The notes below the pieces were generated by a model. The model made no database searches, was not told where the DNA came from, and saw nothing but the letters and a program-made list of their open reading frames with translations. Made by a program: the position numbers and the translations under genes. A stretch of DNA of 64,000 bases from Eledone cirrhosa (lineage: Eukaryota): NCBI GenBank assembly GCA_964016885.1, contig OZ024740.1:22568001-22632000 (forward strand), given 5' to 3'. This document shows, in pieces, positions 42,340-54,514 of the stretch; position 1 is the stretch's first letter; the number at the start of each line of letters is the position of its first letter.

Positions 42340-42881
42340 CAGCAAACAGGGGACATAAGCATCATTTGATAAGCATAAAAAAATGCGAAACAGAGCTCTG
42401 TCAGCTTTATCTCCCCTGTTTGCTGAAAATTAAAGTAAGTGAGACTGTCACTACTCTAAAACAATAGCATAAGGTCTTCGAAATGCTTTTAATTAAGCAT
42501 ACAGTGCATTGCAAAATACACTATATATACATTCATATATATAGCGCTATTTCAGAGCACCAATTCTAATTTTCCATATCTGCTTGACCGGCAACCGCTC
42601 TGTATAATCAGTTCCTGATTATTACTAGAATTCTATAAGAATCAAACATTCATGATTTTCAGCAAACAGGTGGAGTACTTGGCTTTGATAAGCATAAAAA
42701 ATGCGAAACAGAGCTCTGTCAGCTTTATTTCCACAGTTTGCTGAAAATTAAAGTAAGTGAGACTGTCACTACTCTATAACAATAGCATAAGGTCTTCGAA
42801 ATGCTTTTAATTAAGCATACAGTGTATTGCAAAATACACTATATATACATTCATATATATATCGCTATTTCAGAGCACCAA

Positions 42882-42887
<6 letters not shown>
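42340..42887 (+). mobile_element. 318-bp tandem retrozyme-like unit (~1.7 copies) with U3:A8 HHRs at ~42362-42406 and 42681-42724
   Basis: GGCU-UUGAUAA-GCAU-A5-AUGC-GAAACAGAGCUCUGUC|AGCU; predicted cleavage sites 318 nt apart. Confidence 0.78.
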
Positions 42888-42940
<53 letters not shown>

Positions 42941-43037
42941 TGAGGTCGTCTTAGAGATGATTTTAATAAAATAAATAAAAGTGGAAATTTGTCTAGTCTT
43001 CAACGACACACACGTATTATATATACACCTCATACCC

Positions 43038-43113
<76 letters not shown>

Positions 43114-43479
43114 ATGTATATACAATTGTGCGTGGGTATATATATATATAATTGAAAATGACCGAAAAAACAAACACAGGAGGCAATTGTACACAGTTAT
43201 ATTAGGTTCACGCATGGTGGAAGTAAAAGTACGTGGTCGTAGCGTATGTGTGTTGACAGTGTATATAAGTGTTGTTTGTTCGTGTATGTGTACATGTGTA
43301 GTTACGTGTGTGGTTATATATATCACTAAAAATACTGCTATATATATATATATGTAATCTGAGCTTTTCGAATATTAATAATCATATTCGATTCGTTTGC
43401 AATTATGCAAACAGCCTCTTTTAAGCCATGTCAGTAGAATGAGCCCCTCATTCTTGCTCTTGTGTTGGCATGTAAACAG

Positions 43480-43528
43480 AACTGCAGACACTAATGTTTC
43501 TGGGTGATTCCATTTCATCAGTGCAGTT
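43480..43528 (-). ncRNA. Type-I hammerhead between diverged inverted arms (43353-43465 and 43568-43682)
   Basis: AACUGCA-CUGAUGA-AAUGG..CCA-GAAACA-UUAG-UGUC|UGCAGUU. Confidence 0.8.
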
Positions 43529-43743
43529 TACTGTTCACTTGCCAACTGTCAGACCTAGTGAAAATATATGACACAAGAGCAAGAACGAGGAGTTCATTCC
43601 AGTCATTTAAAATTGAGGCTTGTTTGCATAATTACAAACGAATCGAATATTAATAGTAATATTCGAAAAGCTCAGATTACATTTATTGTATTTACTCCAT
43701 GTAGAGTGATACATTTTTTTTTGATAAAATTAATTAATTTATT

Positions 43744-43782
<39 letters not shown>

Positions 43783-43785
43783 TTA

Positions 43786-44603
43786 AAGCCGGAAGATGGG
43801 TATATATTGCTGATGAGATGTAATAACATCGAAACTAGTCCAATATTCCTGTCTGGCTCTCTGGAGAATAGAGGAAATGTGTTTCCTTGAAAACCCGTAT
43901 GACTCTAAAACCCGGTTTGTCTGTTTGTTTACATACAGACTAGCTGGACACTCACAGTAAAGTGTCCAGTGAAACACTCAGTACATGTACATATGTATGC
44001 ATGTGTGTATTTATATGCATACTAATATTTCCGTATACATATGTAGATGTACACTTTTAACTTAATTGTTTAAGCGTCAGTCATACAAAAGTGAGTTAGA
44101 AGCGAAACGAAATTTAATTTCGTTTCGTTATTTGTTTTTATTGTTTCGCTGAACCGGTGCGTACAATGACTCACGTTCTATGCAAATTGGTCTGCCCACT
44201 ACTAATTTTCATAGAAAAAGCATATAACGATATGTGCTTTTACGATTCTCTAGAGAAGCCGGAAGATGGGTATATATTGCTGATGAGATGTAATAACATC
44301 GAAACTAGTCCAATATTCCTGTCTGGCTCTCTGGAGAATAGAGGAAATGTGTTTCCTTGAAAACCCGTATGACTCTAAAACCCGGTTTGTCTGTTTGTTT
44401 ACATACATACTAGCTGGACACTCACAGTAAAGTGTCCAGTGAAAAACTCAGTACATGTACATATGTATGCATGTGTGTATTTATATGCATACTAATATTT
44501 CCGTATACATATGTAGATGTACACTTTTAACTTAATTGTTTAAGCGTCAGTCATACAAAAGTGAGTTAGAAGCGAAACGAAATTTAATTTCGTTTCGTTA
44601 TTT

Positions 44604-44607
<4 letters not shown>
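43786..44607 (+). mobile_element. 470-bp partial tandem with canonical HHRs at 43804-43846 and 44274-44316
   Basis: AUAUUG-CUGAUGA-GAUG-UAAUAA-CAUC-GAAACUAGUC|CAAUAU twice; near-identical copies; TA flanks. Confidence 0.9.
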
Positions 44608-44678
<71 letters not shown>

Positions 44679-45173
44679 CGAGAATCGTATTTCGGCGGGT
44701 AGAAATAAGCGAAACGCAATTTCCGATTTGTGTTGGCAAGCGTTCCATGGACCAAAAGAGACCAGAGCAATAAACATAGGTTATAAAGGCCATACAAACT
44801 GGGACGACGGTTAAGAAGCTATCAACCACCTAAGCCAAAAAAAAAACGAAGCCTGCTACGCGGGTCAAACAAAATAAATGAATGAAATATTTACCCGGAC
44901 CCTTGGAAATGATGGTATAGTCCAGTACAGGGTTTCTGCGACACCTAAATCAATAATACCCTCTGCTTAAAAAAATAAGCTTTTGGTATAATGATCGAAC
45001 AAGGATATCACTTTCTCAACAGGCATTTTGTTCTGCGCCAGCGTTTTGAATCTCACAGTGTTTTGAAAGCACATGTGTAACTCTACAGGGGAGAAAACCC
45101 CAAATTTTGGGAAATGAATTCAGTATGTGTAAATCAATGCAAAAATTACAAAAACAGCACAAATCGAATTAAG

Positions 45174-45209
<36 letters not shown>

Positions 45210-45222
<13 letters not shown>

Positions 45223-48200
45223 GGATACAATTTATAGTTATGTATATTTTAAACTATAAACAGGGAAGGTCAGTAATTTATTACTACCTTATTACCAGTA
45301 AGATAAATAGCTCAATGTAAGAACATCAATTGTTCTACAGAGCAGTTATATAGGATTCACAAGGATCAAAGCTATGTTCAAAGCCTTTATTCACTTACAA
45401 TTGTTTCATCCAAACCTAGGCTTGGAGTCTTCGGAGGATTTTTCAATACTTGTACATATAATTGACCTCCTATCCAACGCAAGAGACATACAGATACATA
45501 TATATATATACTGATGTACAGTGGAGTGACATATATTATACTATACTATATTTGTACAGCAATTCAAATTTAAAATCAAAATTAAAATACATGCGGCAGA
45601 TAACACAGATAATGCAAGAGGATAGTTCGATAATCAGATCTAGTAGATAGTGTATGCGTTAGTCATACATGGTGCATGCAAGTGTGTCTCATTTATATAC
45701 GAGTATTGTGTGGCAAGGTGTTACATGTAATACAAGCACTTTAAGCGGGTAAGCAAGAGTATTATGGTGGTTGTAGTGGGAGGGTATTTTTTGTATAGAT
45801 AAAAAAAGTATGTGTGCAGAAAAAGAAAACGAAAAAGAAAAAGAAAAAGAAAAAGAAAAAGAAAAAGAAAAAGAAAAAGAAAAAGAAAAAGAAAAAGAAA
45901 GTTATAGTTTTCGCATCCACCACCATTTTCACATTCAGAAAAAGCAAGTTATAGTTTTCACATCCATCACATATGTTACAATAAGTTCGTATTGAATCTT
46001 TGATGTGGTAAATGATTGTAACGTATTGAGGCTCAGTGTTATTTAATCCATATTTATAGAATAGGTTTTTTCTGCTGCGAGAATTTACAGTGGTTTATTA
46101 TCCGGAAGTAGGTGTGTAATTAAGGGGAGTTAATGCGTAAGGGGAAGTAACTAGCTGATTCTCCTAACTAAATTCATTGTTCTAACATACATTATATGGT
46201 GCCTCAATTGAGTCCCTTATATAAAAGGTTATATATTTATATTTAATTTTAAATACAGTCTACTCTATCATAATGTATTAAAGGTATCTATAGGAAGTTG
46301 ATTACTCCTTATTATATATCGCTATAATTGAATTTCCCACACAAAGTGCTATATCTTTATATCAAAATTCACTGTAAATACAGTCTACTCTGAAAACATA
46401 TCAAAGCACCAATTAGAATGTTGTCAACATAGCCCCTGGTAAGCTATGGAGCAGCGTACGGCTGTTTGCATGATAAAATCAAATACATCTCTTCGGTAAA
46501 CAAATACATCCCTCATTTACAATGTCATTAATCTATCCATCAAGTTATACATGCATATATAATTCATATATAATTCATTGCACCACCCTACATATAAGTT
46601 AGACAGATTCCTTATGTTAATAAATTAATCCTATATATATCTGATGTTATTACTCCATACATTTAATTACAGATGCATATATAATTCACTGCCGTATCTA
46701 GTATTTAAAGTTTATAAAGACTGTATTATATTTCAATCCCTATATAATTATAAGTAATTAAAAGTAATTATATTAAAAGTTGGTGTTTATGAGGATATTT
46801 CTAGGGTATAAAGTTATAGATAGATAGAATGATTTGTGTCGAGGAAAGGGTGGATCAGAGAGTGTGGTGTAGTGGTGGAAGGCATTCCCTTGGGGTGTGG
46901 TGTTAGAAGCGGTGATGGGTTCAAGTCTGACATTGTTATATATTGGGTTTAAAGCTTTGGAAGGAGTGTCGGAAGCGGTGCTGGCACGACGCAAACACTT
47001 CCGATTTTTTTATTAAGGAGGTTAAGGTTTGAAAAGATTATAGTATGGGTCTCTAGTAGACAGAGGTTACAGAATTTATTAGGTGGTTTGTACGATGCCG
47101 CCTTACCTATCACTTCCCATTGAAGTGTATATGATCTGTTTCTAATTTTCAGATAGTGTATATAGCTTGATAGTGAAGTGGAGTTGGCTAGACTGTGTTT
47201 TTTGAAAGAATGGAGATGTGAGTTGTATCTCGTTTTGAAGCAGTTTGAAGTAGAGCCTATATAGGTTTCAGAAGAGTTGCTAGTTCTGACCGTGCATGAG
47301 TAGATGATGTCCTTGACTAAGCAGTTTTTACCTAGAGGGCAGGTTCTATTAGATCTATAGTTACATTTATTTTGCATGTTAACCTGTCGGTTATTATGTT
47401 GTGTAGAAGTCTGGTTGCTAGGTATTGCATTATGCTATGAAGGTTGTCGCTCCTAATGCTATTGATTTCATTATTGTTATTACTATTATTACTATTGATA
47501 TCAGGGTTTTCAGTTATTACGTTGTTTTGAAAGTTTACCCCCCGCTGTGTTTTATTTTGTTGAAAGTAAGTATTAATCTTTCTTTTATTGCTACTAGCTA
47601 TGTGGTATGCTATTTTAGGCGTGGTAGAGTAGGATATTTTAATGATGTTTTTATTTATAAGACTATGGTACTTGTGGCCAGATGGGAAGTCTTTATCCAG
47701 GAGTGAGAAGAAAGCCTTAGGTAGGTTGGTAGAGACGTTTAGATTGAAATGGGGGTTGAAAATGTATTAGTTCTTCTTCTATTTTTGTTTTTTATATCTG
47801 TTGAGTTGTTTCCGTTTATGGTATTTTGGTGTCTTCTCTGGTGTGAGTTACGTTTGTTGCTACCCTTCGTATTAGTGTGTGTCTGGTTATTACTCTTATT
47901 ACTATTTTTCCTCATGGACATATTGTGAAAAATAATGTTGTAGCTATGTGTTTTTATAGGTAGGAACTCAATCTCATTATTATGGCCTGATCTAGCTAAT
48001 GCCTGATTATAGTATTGTGAGTTTTTGCTAAATATGGTTTCGTTATAAGATAGATTAGCGATTCTATTGGATATTCCTTTAGAGATAGAGTTTAATAATG
48101 ATCTAGGGTGGTTAGACTTGGTATCTACGTAAATTAATTTTTCGTTAGGTTTATGGAATGGTGTATATATTTAAGAGTCTAGGTAAAGGGTAGCATCCAG

Positions 48201-49905
48201 GAAGTTAACGTTTTTTGTGTTTTTGTCTATGGTGATACTTAGGTTATAGTTTTTGAAAGTTTTATGCAATAGTTGCCTAGTTCTTTCTATATTAAATTTG
48301 TTATAGTCTATAAGGAGTAATGCATCGTCGCGGTACAAACCACCGTTGAGGTATGGTAGGTCCTTATGGATTTCGTTTAGTAGGTATAGGCCCACCAAAT
48401 CAGTGACCTGCGCCGAGTCACTAGATCCCATGGTTATGTCAAAGTTGTTATGAGTTTCCTTGCGGGTCCATAACTGATCTTCAAAAGTAATTACGGTTTT
48501 ACGGGCCGCAAGTATGACATCAATCTGGAGTCTAGTCAGGTCACTATTGTTCATGGCCATAATTAGTGCCTTATTTAATAGGATAGGGGAAATTGAGGTG
48601 TTGTATGAATTGATATCAAACTGAATAATTTTTTATTTTTGTTCTCTTTGATATCCTTAAACCATTCAATAACTTCCCCCGTATTTCTCCACTGTTTAAG
48701 GTGTATTTTGTGTTTAATCTGTGGGATGATTTTATCTAAAATTTTCTTACTGATAATGCCAATGTCAGACTTGGAAGGGCAGATTAGTCTAATAGAAGGG
48801 TTACTAATGAAATCCTCCTTATGGTCCTTCAGAGAGAATCTAGAGGGGGTTTGGATGTGTTTGCGTCGTGCCAGCACCGCTTCCGACACTCCTTCCAAAG
48901 CTTTAAACCCAATATATAACAATGTCAGACTTGAACCCATCACCGCTTCTAACACCACACCCCAAGGGCATGCCTTCCACCACTACACCACACTCTCTGA
49001 TCCACCCTTTCCTCGACACAAATCATTCTATCTATCTATAACTTTATACCCTAGAAATATCCTCATAAACACCAACTTTTAATATAATTACTTTTAATTA
49101 CTTATAATTATATAGGGATTGAAATATAATACAGTCTTTATAAACTTTAAATACTAGATACGGCAGTGAATTATATATGCATCTGTAATTAAATGTATGG
49201 AGTAATAACATCAGATATATATAGGATTAATTTATTAACATAAGGAATCTGTCTAACTTATATGTAGGGTGGTGCAATGAATTATATATGAATTATATAT
49301 GCATGTATAACTTGATGGATAGATTAATGACATTGTAAATGAGGGATGTATTTGTTTACCGAAGAGATGTATTTGATTTTATCATGCAAACAGCCGTACG
49401 CTGCTCCATAGCTTACCAGGGGCTATGTTGACAACATTCTAATTGGTGCTTTGATATGTTTTCAGAGTAGACTGTATTTACAGTGAATTTTGATATAAAG
49501 ATATAGCACTTTGTGTGGGAAATTCAATTATAGCGATATATAATAAGGAGTAATCAACTTCCTATAGATACCTTTAATACATTATGATAGAGTAGACTGT
49601 ATTTAAAATTAAATATAAATATATAACCTTTTATATAAGGGACTCAATTGAGGCACCATATAATGTATGTTAGAACAATGAATTTAGTTAGGAGAATCAG
49701 CTAGTTACCTCCCCTTACGCATTAACTCCCCTTAATTACACACCTACTTCCGGATAATAAACCACTGTAAATTCTCGCAGCAGAAAGAACCTATTCTATA
49801 AATATGGATTAAATAACACTGAGCCTCAATACGTTACAATCATTTACTACAAACGTTACAATCATTTACTACAAACATTCAATACGAACCCATCGTAACA
49901 TATTC
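45210..49905 (-). mobile_element. Naiad-like PLE (RT plus GIY-YIG, frameshifted) with ~1.03-kb inverted duplication of its 3' tail
   Basis: SLKDHKEDF, RLICPSKSDIG, ITMGSSDSAQVTDLVG, LYRDD, NFLD, IIY..YIGST, CNLCLLE; 45972-46998 is the inverse of 48857-49903; HHR-like motif at 45394-45436. Confidence 0.92.
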
Positions 49906-50169
49906 TATATATATATATATATTTTCTTCCCTTGTTCTCGAATAGGTGCTATTCACTGTATTAACACCAAATTTAGTGGGTTAAGAGTTCTTTCGTAACC
50001 CGATAAGAGGCCATCATTGGAACGGCTTCTCCTCAATACGTGTGGATGTTGCCCACGTGACTAGCACCATACAAGTTATCTTGCCGTGTGATATAAGTAT
50101 TGTTTCCATCATTAATCTCCTATTCTTGTTCAAAAACATGTATAAATAAATGGCTGCTCTACTGTTATA

Positions 50170-50345
50170 CGGTGGACTGGGTGATTCGGTAGATCGTTTG
50201 ACTCCATACCTTGCAGCATATAGTGATAGCCCTTTACATTCTAAGTTCAAATCCCGCCGAGGTTAACTTTGCCTTTCATCCTTACGGGGTCGATAAAATA
50301 AAGCATCAGGAATGCACAGGGGTAATTGCTGGCCTTGTGACAAAA
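50170..50345 (+). mobile_element. tRNA-derived SINE
   Basis: gttcaaatcccgccgaggttaactttgcctttcatccttacggggtcgat. Confidence 0.85.
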
Positions 50346-50430
<85 letters not shown>

Positions 50431-50464
50431 AAGTAATTAAGTCAAATATATATATATATATATA

Positions 50465-50511
<47 letters not shown>

Positions 50512-50834
50512 GGATAATGGCTGAGAGAGGGAGAGATAACGTGCGTATTCTCTATTTCCTCTTTTTCGTCTGAAGAAGGACTTGTGTCCAAAACGTTAAG
50601 ACTCTTCTCCTAATATTTCAAGAGTTAAACTAATATATCTCTTCATGAAACTGCCGTTTGCTTTGATATTTCTGTTTGTGTATATACATTAATCCATTTC
50701 TTTATATCGAACAGAAACCAAACACTATACACACACGCAAATGCATGCGCAGAGAAGACAAAAATAAATAAATAAATAAACAGATAAAATAAAAAGGGCG
50801 TAGACATACAATACAACAGGAGGAACATAATAGT

Positions 50835-50876
50835 ACCACTGATGATGTTGCAGATGTGCAACGAAAGAACTTTGTT
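50835..50876 (+). ncRNA. HHR motif in a PLE tail related to 41598
   Basis: CUGAUGA-U-GUUGC..GCAAC-GAAAGAACUU; stem II covaries with GUCAC/GUGAC. Confidence 0.65.
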
Positions 50877-51060
50877 AGACTATATATATGTATTTATATC
50901 TGCATTTTTGACCGTTGGTCAGTCAATGATAAACATTGAGGACCAAATGAATTAACTGTGGAGATATAAAAGATGCAGAAGCGAAAACCAACCAAACAGT
51001 GAGTGTGTTCTGTTATTATTTCTGGCAATGTCATTACAACAATATGACCCTCCCAAGCAT

Positions 51061-51096
<36 letters not shown>

Positions 51097-51099
<3 letters not shown>

Positions 51100-53455
51100 T
51101 ATAGACATAGAATATTCGAAAATATTCTGTATGTTTATAATAAACATTTTGAAGACCTAATCGCTATAGAATAGAATACGTCACGTATTACAATTAGATT
51201 CTCGATAAAAGCAAGGGAAGTAAGTCTACGCGTTTCATTCTTGTTAGAATTCATCAGGACTACATATCCAGTGCTTTCATCGAGAATGACACAGCTAGAG
51301 ACTTATAGAATACTTAGCTGTGTACAGGAACTGGTTTGAAAGAGCGGTTGCCGGTCCGGCAGAAATTAGAAATTGGAATAAATGCTCTGAAATAGCGATA
51401 TATATGTGAATATAGACATAGAATATTCGAAAATATTCTGTATGTTTATAATAAACATTTTGAAGACCTAATCGCTATAGAATAGAATACGTCACGTATT
51501 ACAATTAGATTCTCGATAAAAGCAAGGGAAGTAAGTCTACGCGTTTCATTCTTGTTAGAATTCATCAGGACTACATATCCAGTGCTTTCATCGAGAATGA
51601 CACAGCTAGAGACTTATAGAATACTTAGCTGTGTACAGGAACTGGTTTGAAAGAGCGGTTGCCGGTCCGGCAGAAATTAGAAATTGGAATAAATGCTCTG
51701 AAATAGCGATATATATGTGAATATAGACATAGAATATTCGAAAATATTCTGTATGTTTATAATAAACATTTTGAAGACCTAATCGCTATAGAATAGAATA
51801 CGTCACGTATTACAATTAGATTCTCGATAAAAGCAAGGGAAGTAAGTCTACGCGTTTCATTCTTGTTAGAATTCATCAGGACTACATATCCAGTGCTTTC
51901 ATCGAGAATGACACAGCTAGAGACTTATAGAATACTTAGCTGTGTACAGGAACTGGTTTGAAAGAGCGGTTGCCGGTCCGGCAGAAATTAGAAATTGGAA
52001 TAAATGCTCTGAAATAGCGATATATATGTGAATATAGACATAGAATATTCGAAAATATTCTGTATGTTTATAATAAACATTTTGAAGACCTAATCGCTAT
52101 AGAATAGAATACGTCACGTATTACAATTAGATTCTCGATAAAAGCAAGGGAAGTAAGTCTACGCGTTTCATTCTTGTTAGAATTCATCAGGACTACATAT
52201 CCAGTGCTTTCATCGAGAATGACACAGCTAGAGACTTATAGAATACTTAGCTGTGTACAGGAACTGGTTTGAAAGAGCGGTTGCCGGTCCGGCAGAAATT
52301 AGATGAAAGCACTGGATATGTAGTCCTGATGAATTCTAACAAGAATGAAACGCGTAGACTTACTTCCCTTGCTTTTATCGAGAATCTAATTGTAATACGT
52401 GACGTATTCTATTCTATAGCGATTAGGTCTTCAAAATGTTTATTATAAACATACAGAATATTTTCGAATATTCTATGTCTATATTCACATATATATCGCT
52501 ATTTCAGAGCATTTATTCCAATTTCTAATTTCTGCCGGACCGGCAACCGCTCTTTCAAACCAGTTCCTGTACACAGCTAAGTATTCTATAAGTCTCTAGC
52601 TGTGTCATTCTCGATGAAAGCACTGGATATGTAGTCCTGATGAATTCTAACAAGAATGAAACGCGTAGACTTACTTCCCTTGCTTTTATCGAGAATCTAA
52701 TTGTAATACGTGACGTATTCTATTCTATAGCGATTAGGTCTTCAAAATGTTTATTATAAACATACAGAATATTTTCGAATATTCTATGTCTATATTCACA
52801 TATATATCGCTATTTCAGAGCATTTATTCCAATTTCTAATTTCTGCCGGACCGGCAACCGCTCTTTCAAACCAGTTCCTGTACACAGCTAAGTATTCTAT
52901 AAGTCTCTAGCTGTGTCATTCTCGATGAAAGCACTGGATATGTAGTCCTGATGAATTCTAACAAGAATGAAACGCGTAGACTTACTTCCCTTGCTTTTAT
53001 CGAGAATCTAATTGTAATACGTGACGTATTCTATTCTATAGCGATTAGGTCTTCAAAATGTTTATTATAAACATACAGAATATTTTCGAATATTCTATGT
53101 CTATATTCACATATATATCGCTATTTCAGAGCATTTATTCCAATTTCTAATTTCTGCCGGACCGGCAACCGCTCTTTCAAACCAGTTCCTGTACACAGCT
53201 AAGTATTCTATAAGTCTCTAGCTGTGTCATTCTCGATGAAAGCACTGGATATGTAGTCCTGATGAATTCTAACAAGAATGAAACGCGTAGACTTACTTCC
53301 CTTGCTTTTATCGAGAATCTAATTGTAATACGTGACGTATTCTATTCTATAGCGATTAGGTCTTCAAAATGTTTATTATAAACATACAGAATATTTTCGA
53401 ATATTCTATGTCTATATTCACATATATATCGCTATTTCAGAGCATTTATTCCAAT
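51097..53455. mobile_element. 311-bp retrozyme-like tandem array forming a ~2.35-kb palindrome with 8 HHRs
   Basis: Period 311; inversion at 52302/52303; AGUC-CUGAUGA-AUUC-UAACAA-GAAU-GAAACGCGUA|GACU at 51223, 51534, 51845, 52156 (-) and 52322, 52633, 52944, 53255 (+). Confidence 0.92.
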
Positions 53456-53461
53456 ATATAT

Positions 53462-54457
53462 ATATATAAAGAATTAGTATATCTACCAACATATATATAC
53501 AGTTGCATACCTATGCTAGCAAATATATAGGTTTTTGTCTTAGTATCTTTATGGTTCAATGCAAGGGGATGCAGAACAATTATATGAAAGACGTAAAATA
53601 AGAAAATTATAAAAATTAACTTACTTACTAAGATTTCACTCCAACTAATTAGTTTCTGAAAGGGAATAAACATGGTTTCCGAATGGAACATGGAGAATAC
53701 CTTTTGTCACCAGGCAGTCAATTCTCAGCTAAGTTCCTAGGCGATGCGTGGACACAGGGAACTTATACAAAAACAATTCAGTGGATGGAAACAAGCGAGC
53801 GAGGACTAAATTCCAGGACTAAATTCCAGGACATTTCCATTCGGAAACCATGTTTATTCCCTTTCAGAAACTAATTAGTTGGAGTGAAATCTTAGTAAGT
53901 TAATTTTTATAATTTTCTTATTTTACGTCTTTCATATAATTGTTCTGCATCCCCTTGCATTGAACCACAAAGTTACTAAGACAAAACCTATATATTTGCT
54001 AGCATAGGTATGCATCTGTATATATATGTTGGTAGATATACTAATTCTTTATAATTATCTCCAAATTATTTTGTTGAGCAAAAATTTGCCAAAACTACTA
54101 CTATAGTTCATAGTAATAGTCCGGCTACTGTCTTATTAACACCCCACTCTTCACTGATTAACCTCGATGTCACGTGATTGATTCTTTTGAATTTGCCACC
54201 GACCAAGTAGGCAGTGATTTTTTCAATGTCCTGTAATTTAGTCCTCGCTTGCTTTTTTCCATCCACTGAACTATTTTTGTATAAGTTCCCTGTGTCCACA
54301 CATCGCCTAGGAACTTAGCTGAGAATTGACTTCCTGATGACGAAAGGTATTCTCCATGTTCCATTCGGAAACCATGTTTATTCCCTTTCAGAAACTAATT
54401 AGTTGGAGTGAAATCTTAGTAACTAAGTTAATTTTTATAATTTTCTTATTTTACGTC

Positions 54458-54465
<8 letters not shown>
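53462..54465. mobile_element. Palindromic partial-tandem ~525-bp unit with HHR at 54329-54409 (+) and a mutated copy at 53638-53718 (-)
   Basis: ACUUC-CUGAUGA-CGAAAGG...CCUUUCA-GAAACUAAUUAGUU|GGAGU. Confidence 0.82.
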
Positions 54466-54505
<40 letters not shown>

Positions 54506-54514
54506 TTTTTTTTC

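Noticed and set aside
45972-49903. DNA transposon with 1-kb TIRs
   Set aside because: The interior encodes PLE RT and endonuclease, not a transposase; the arm is the element's own 3' tail
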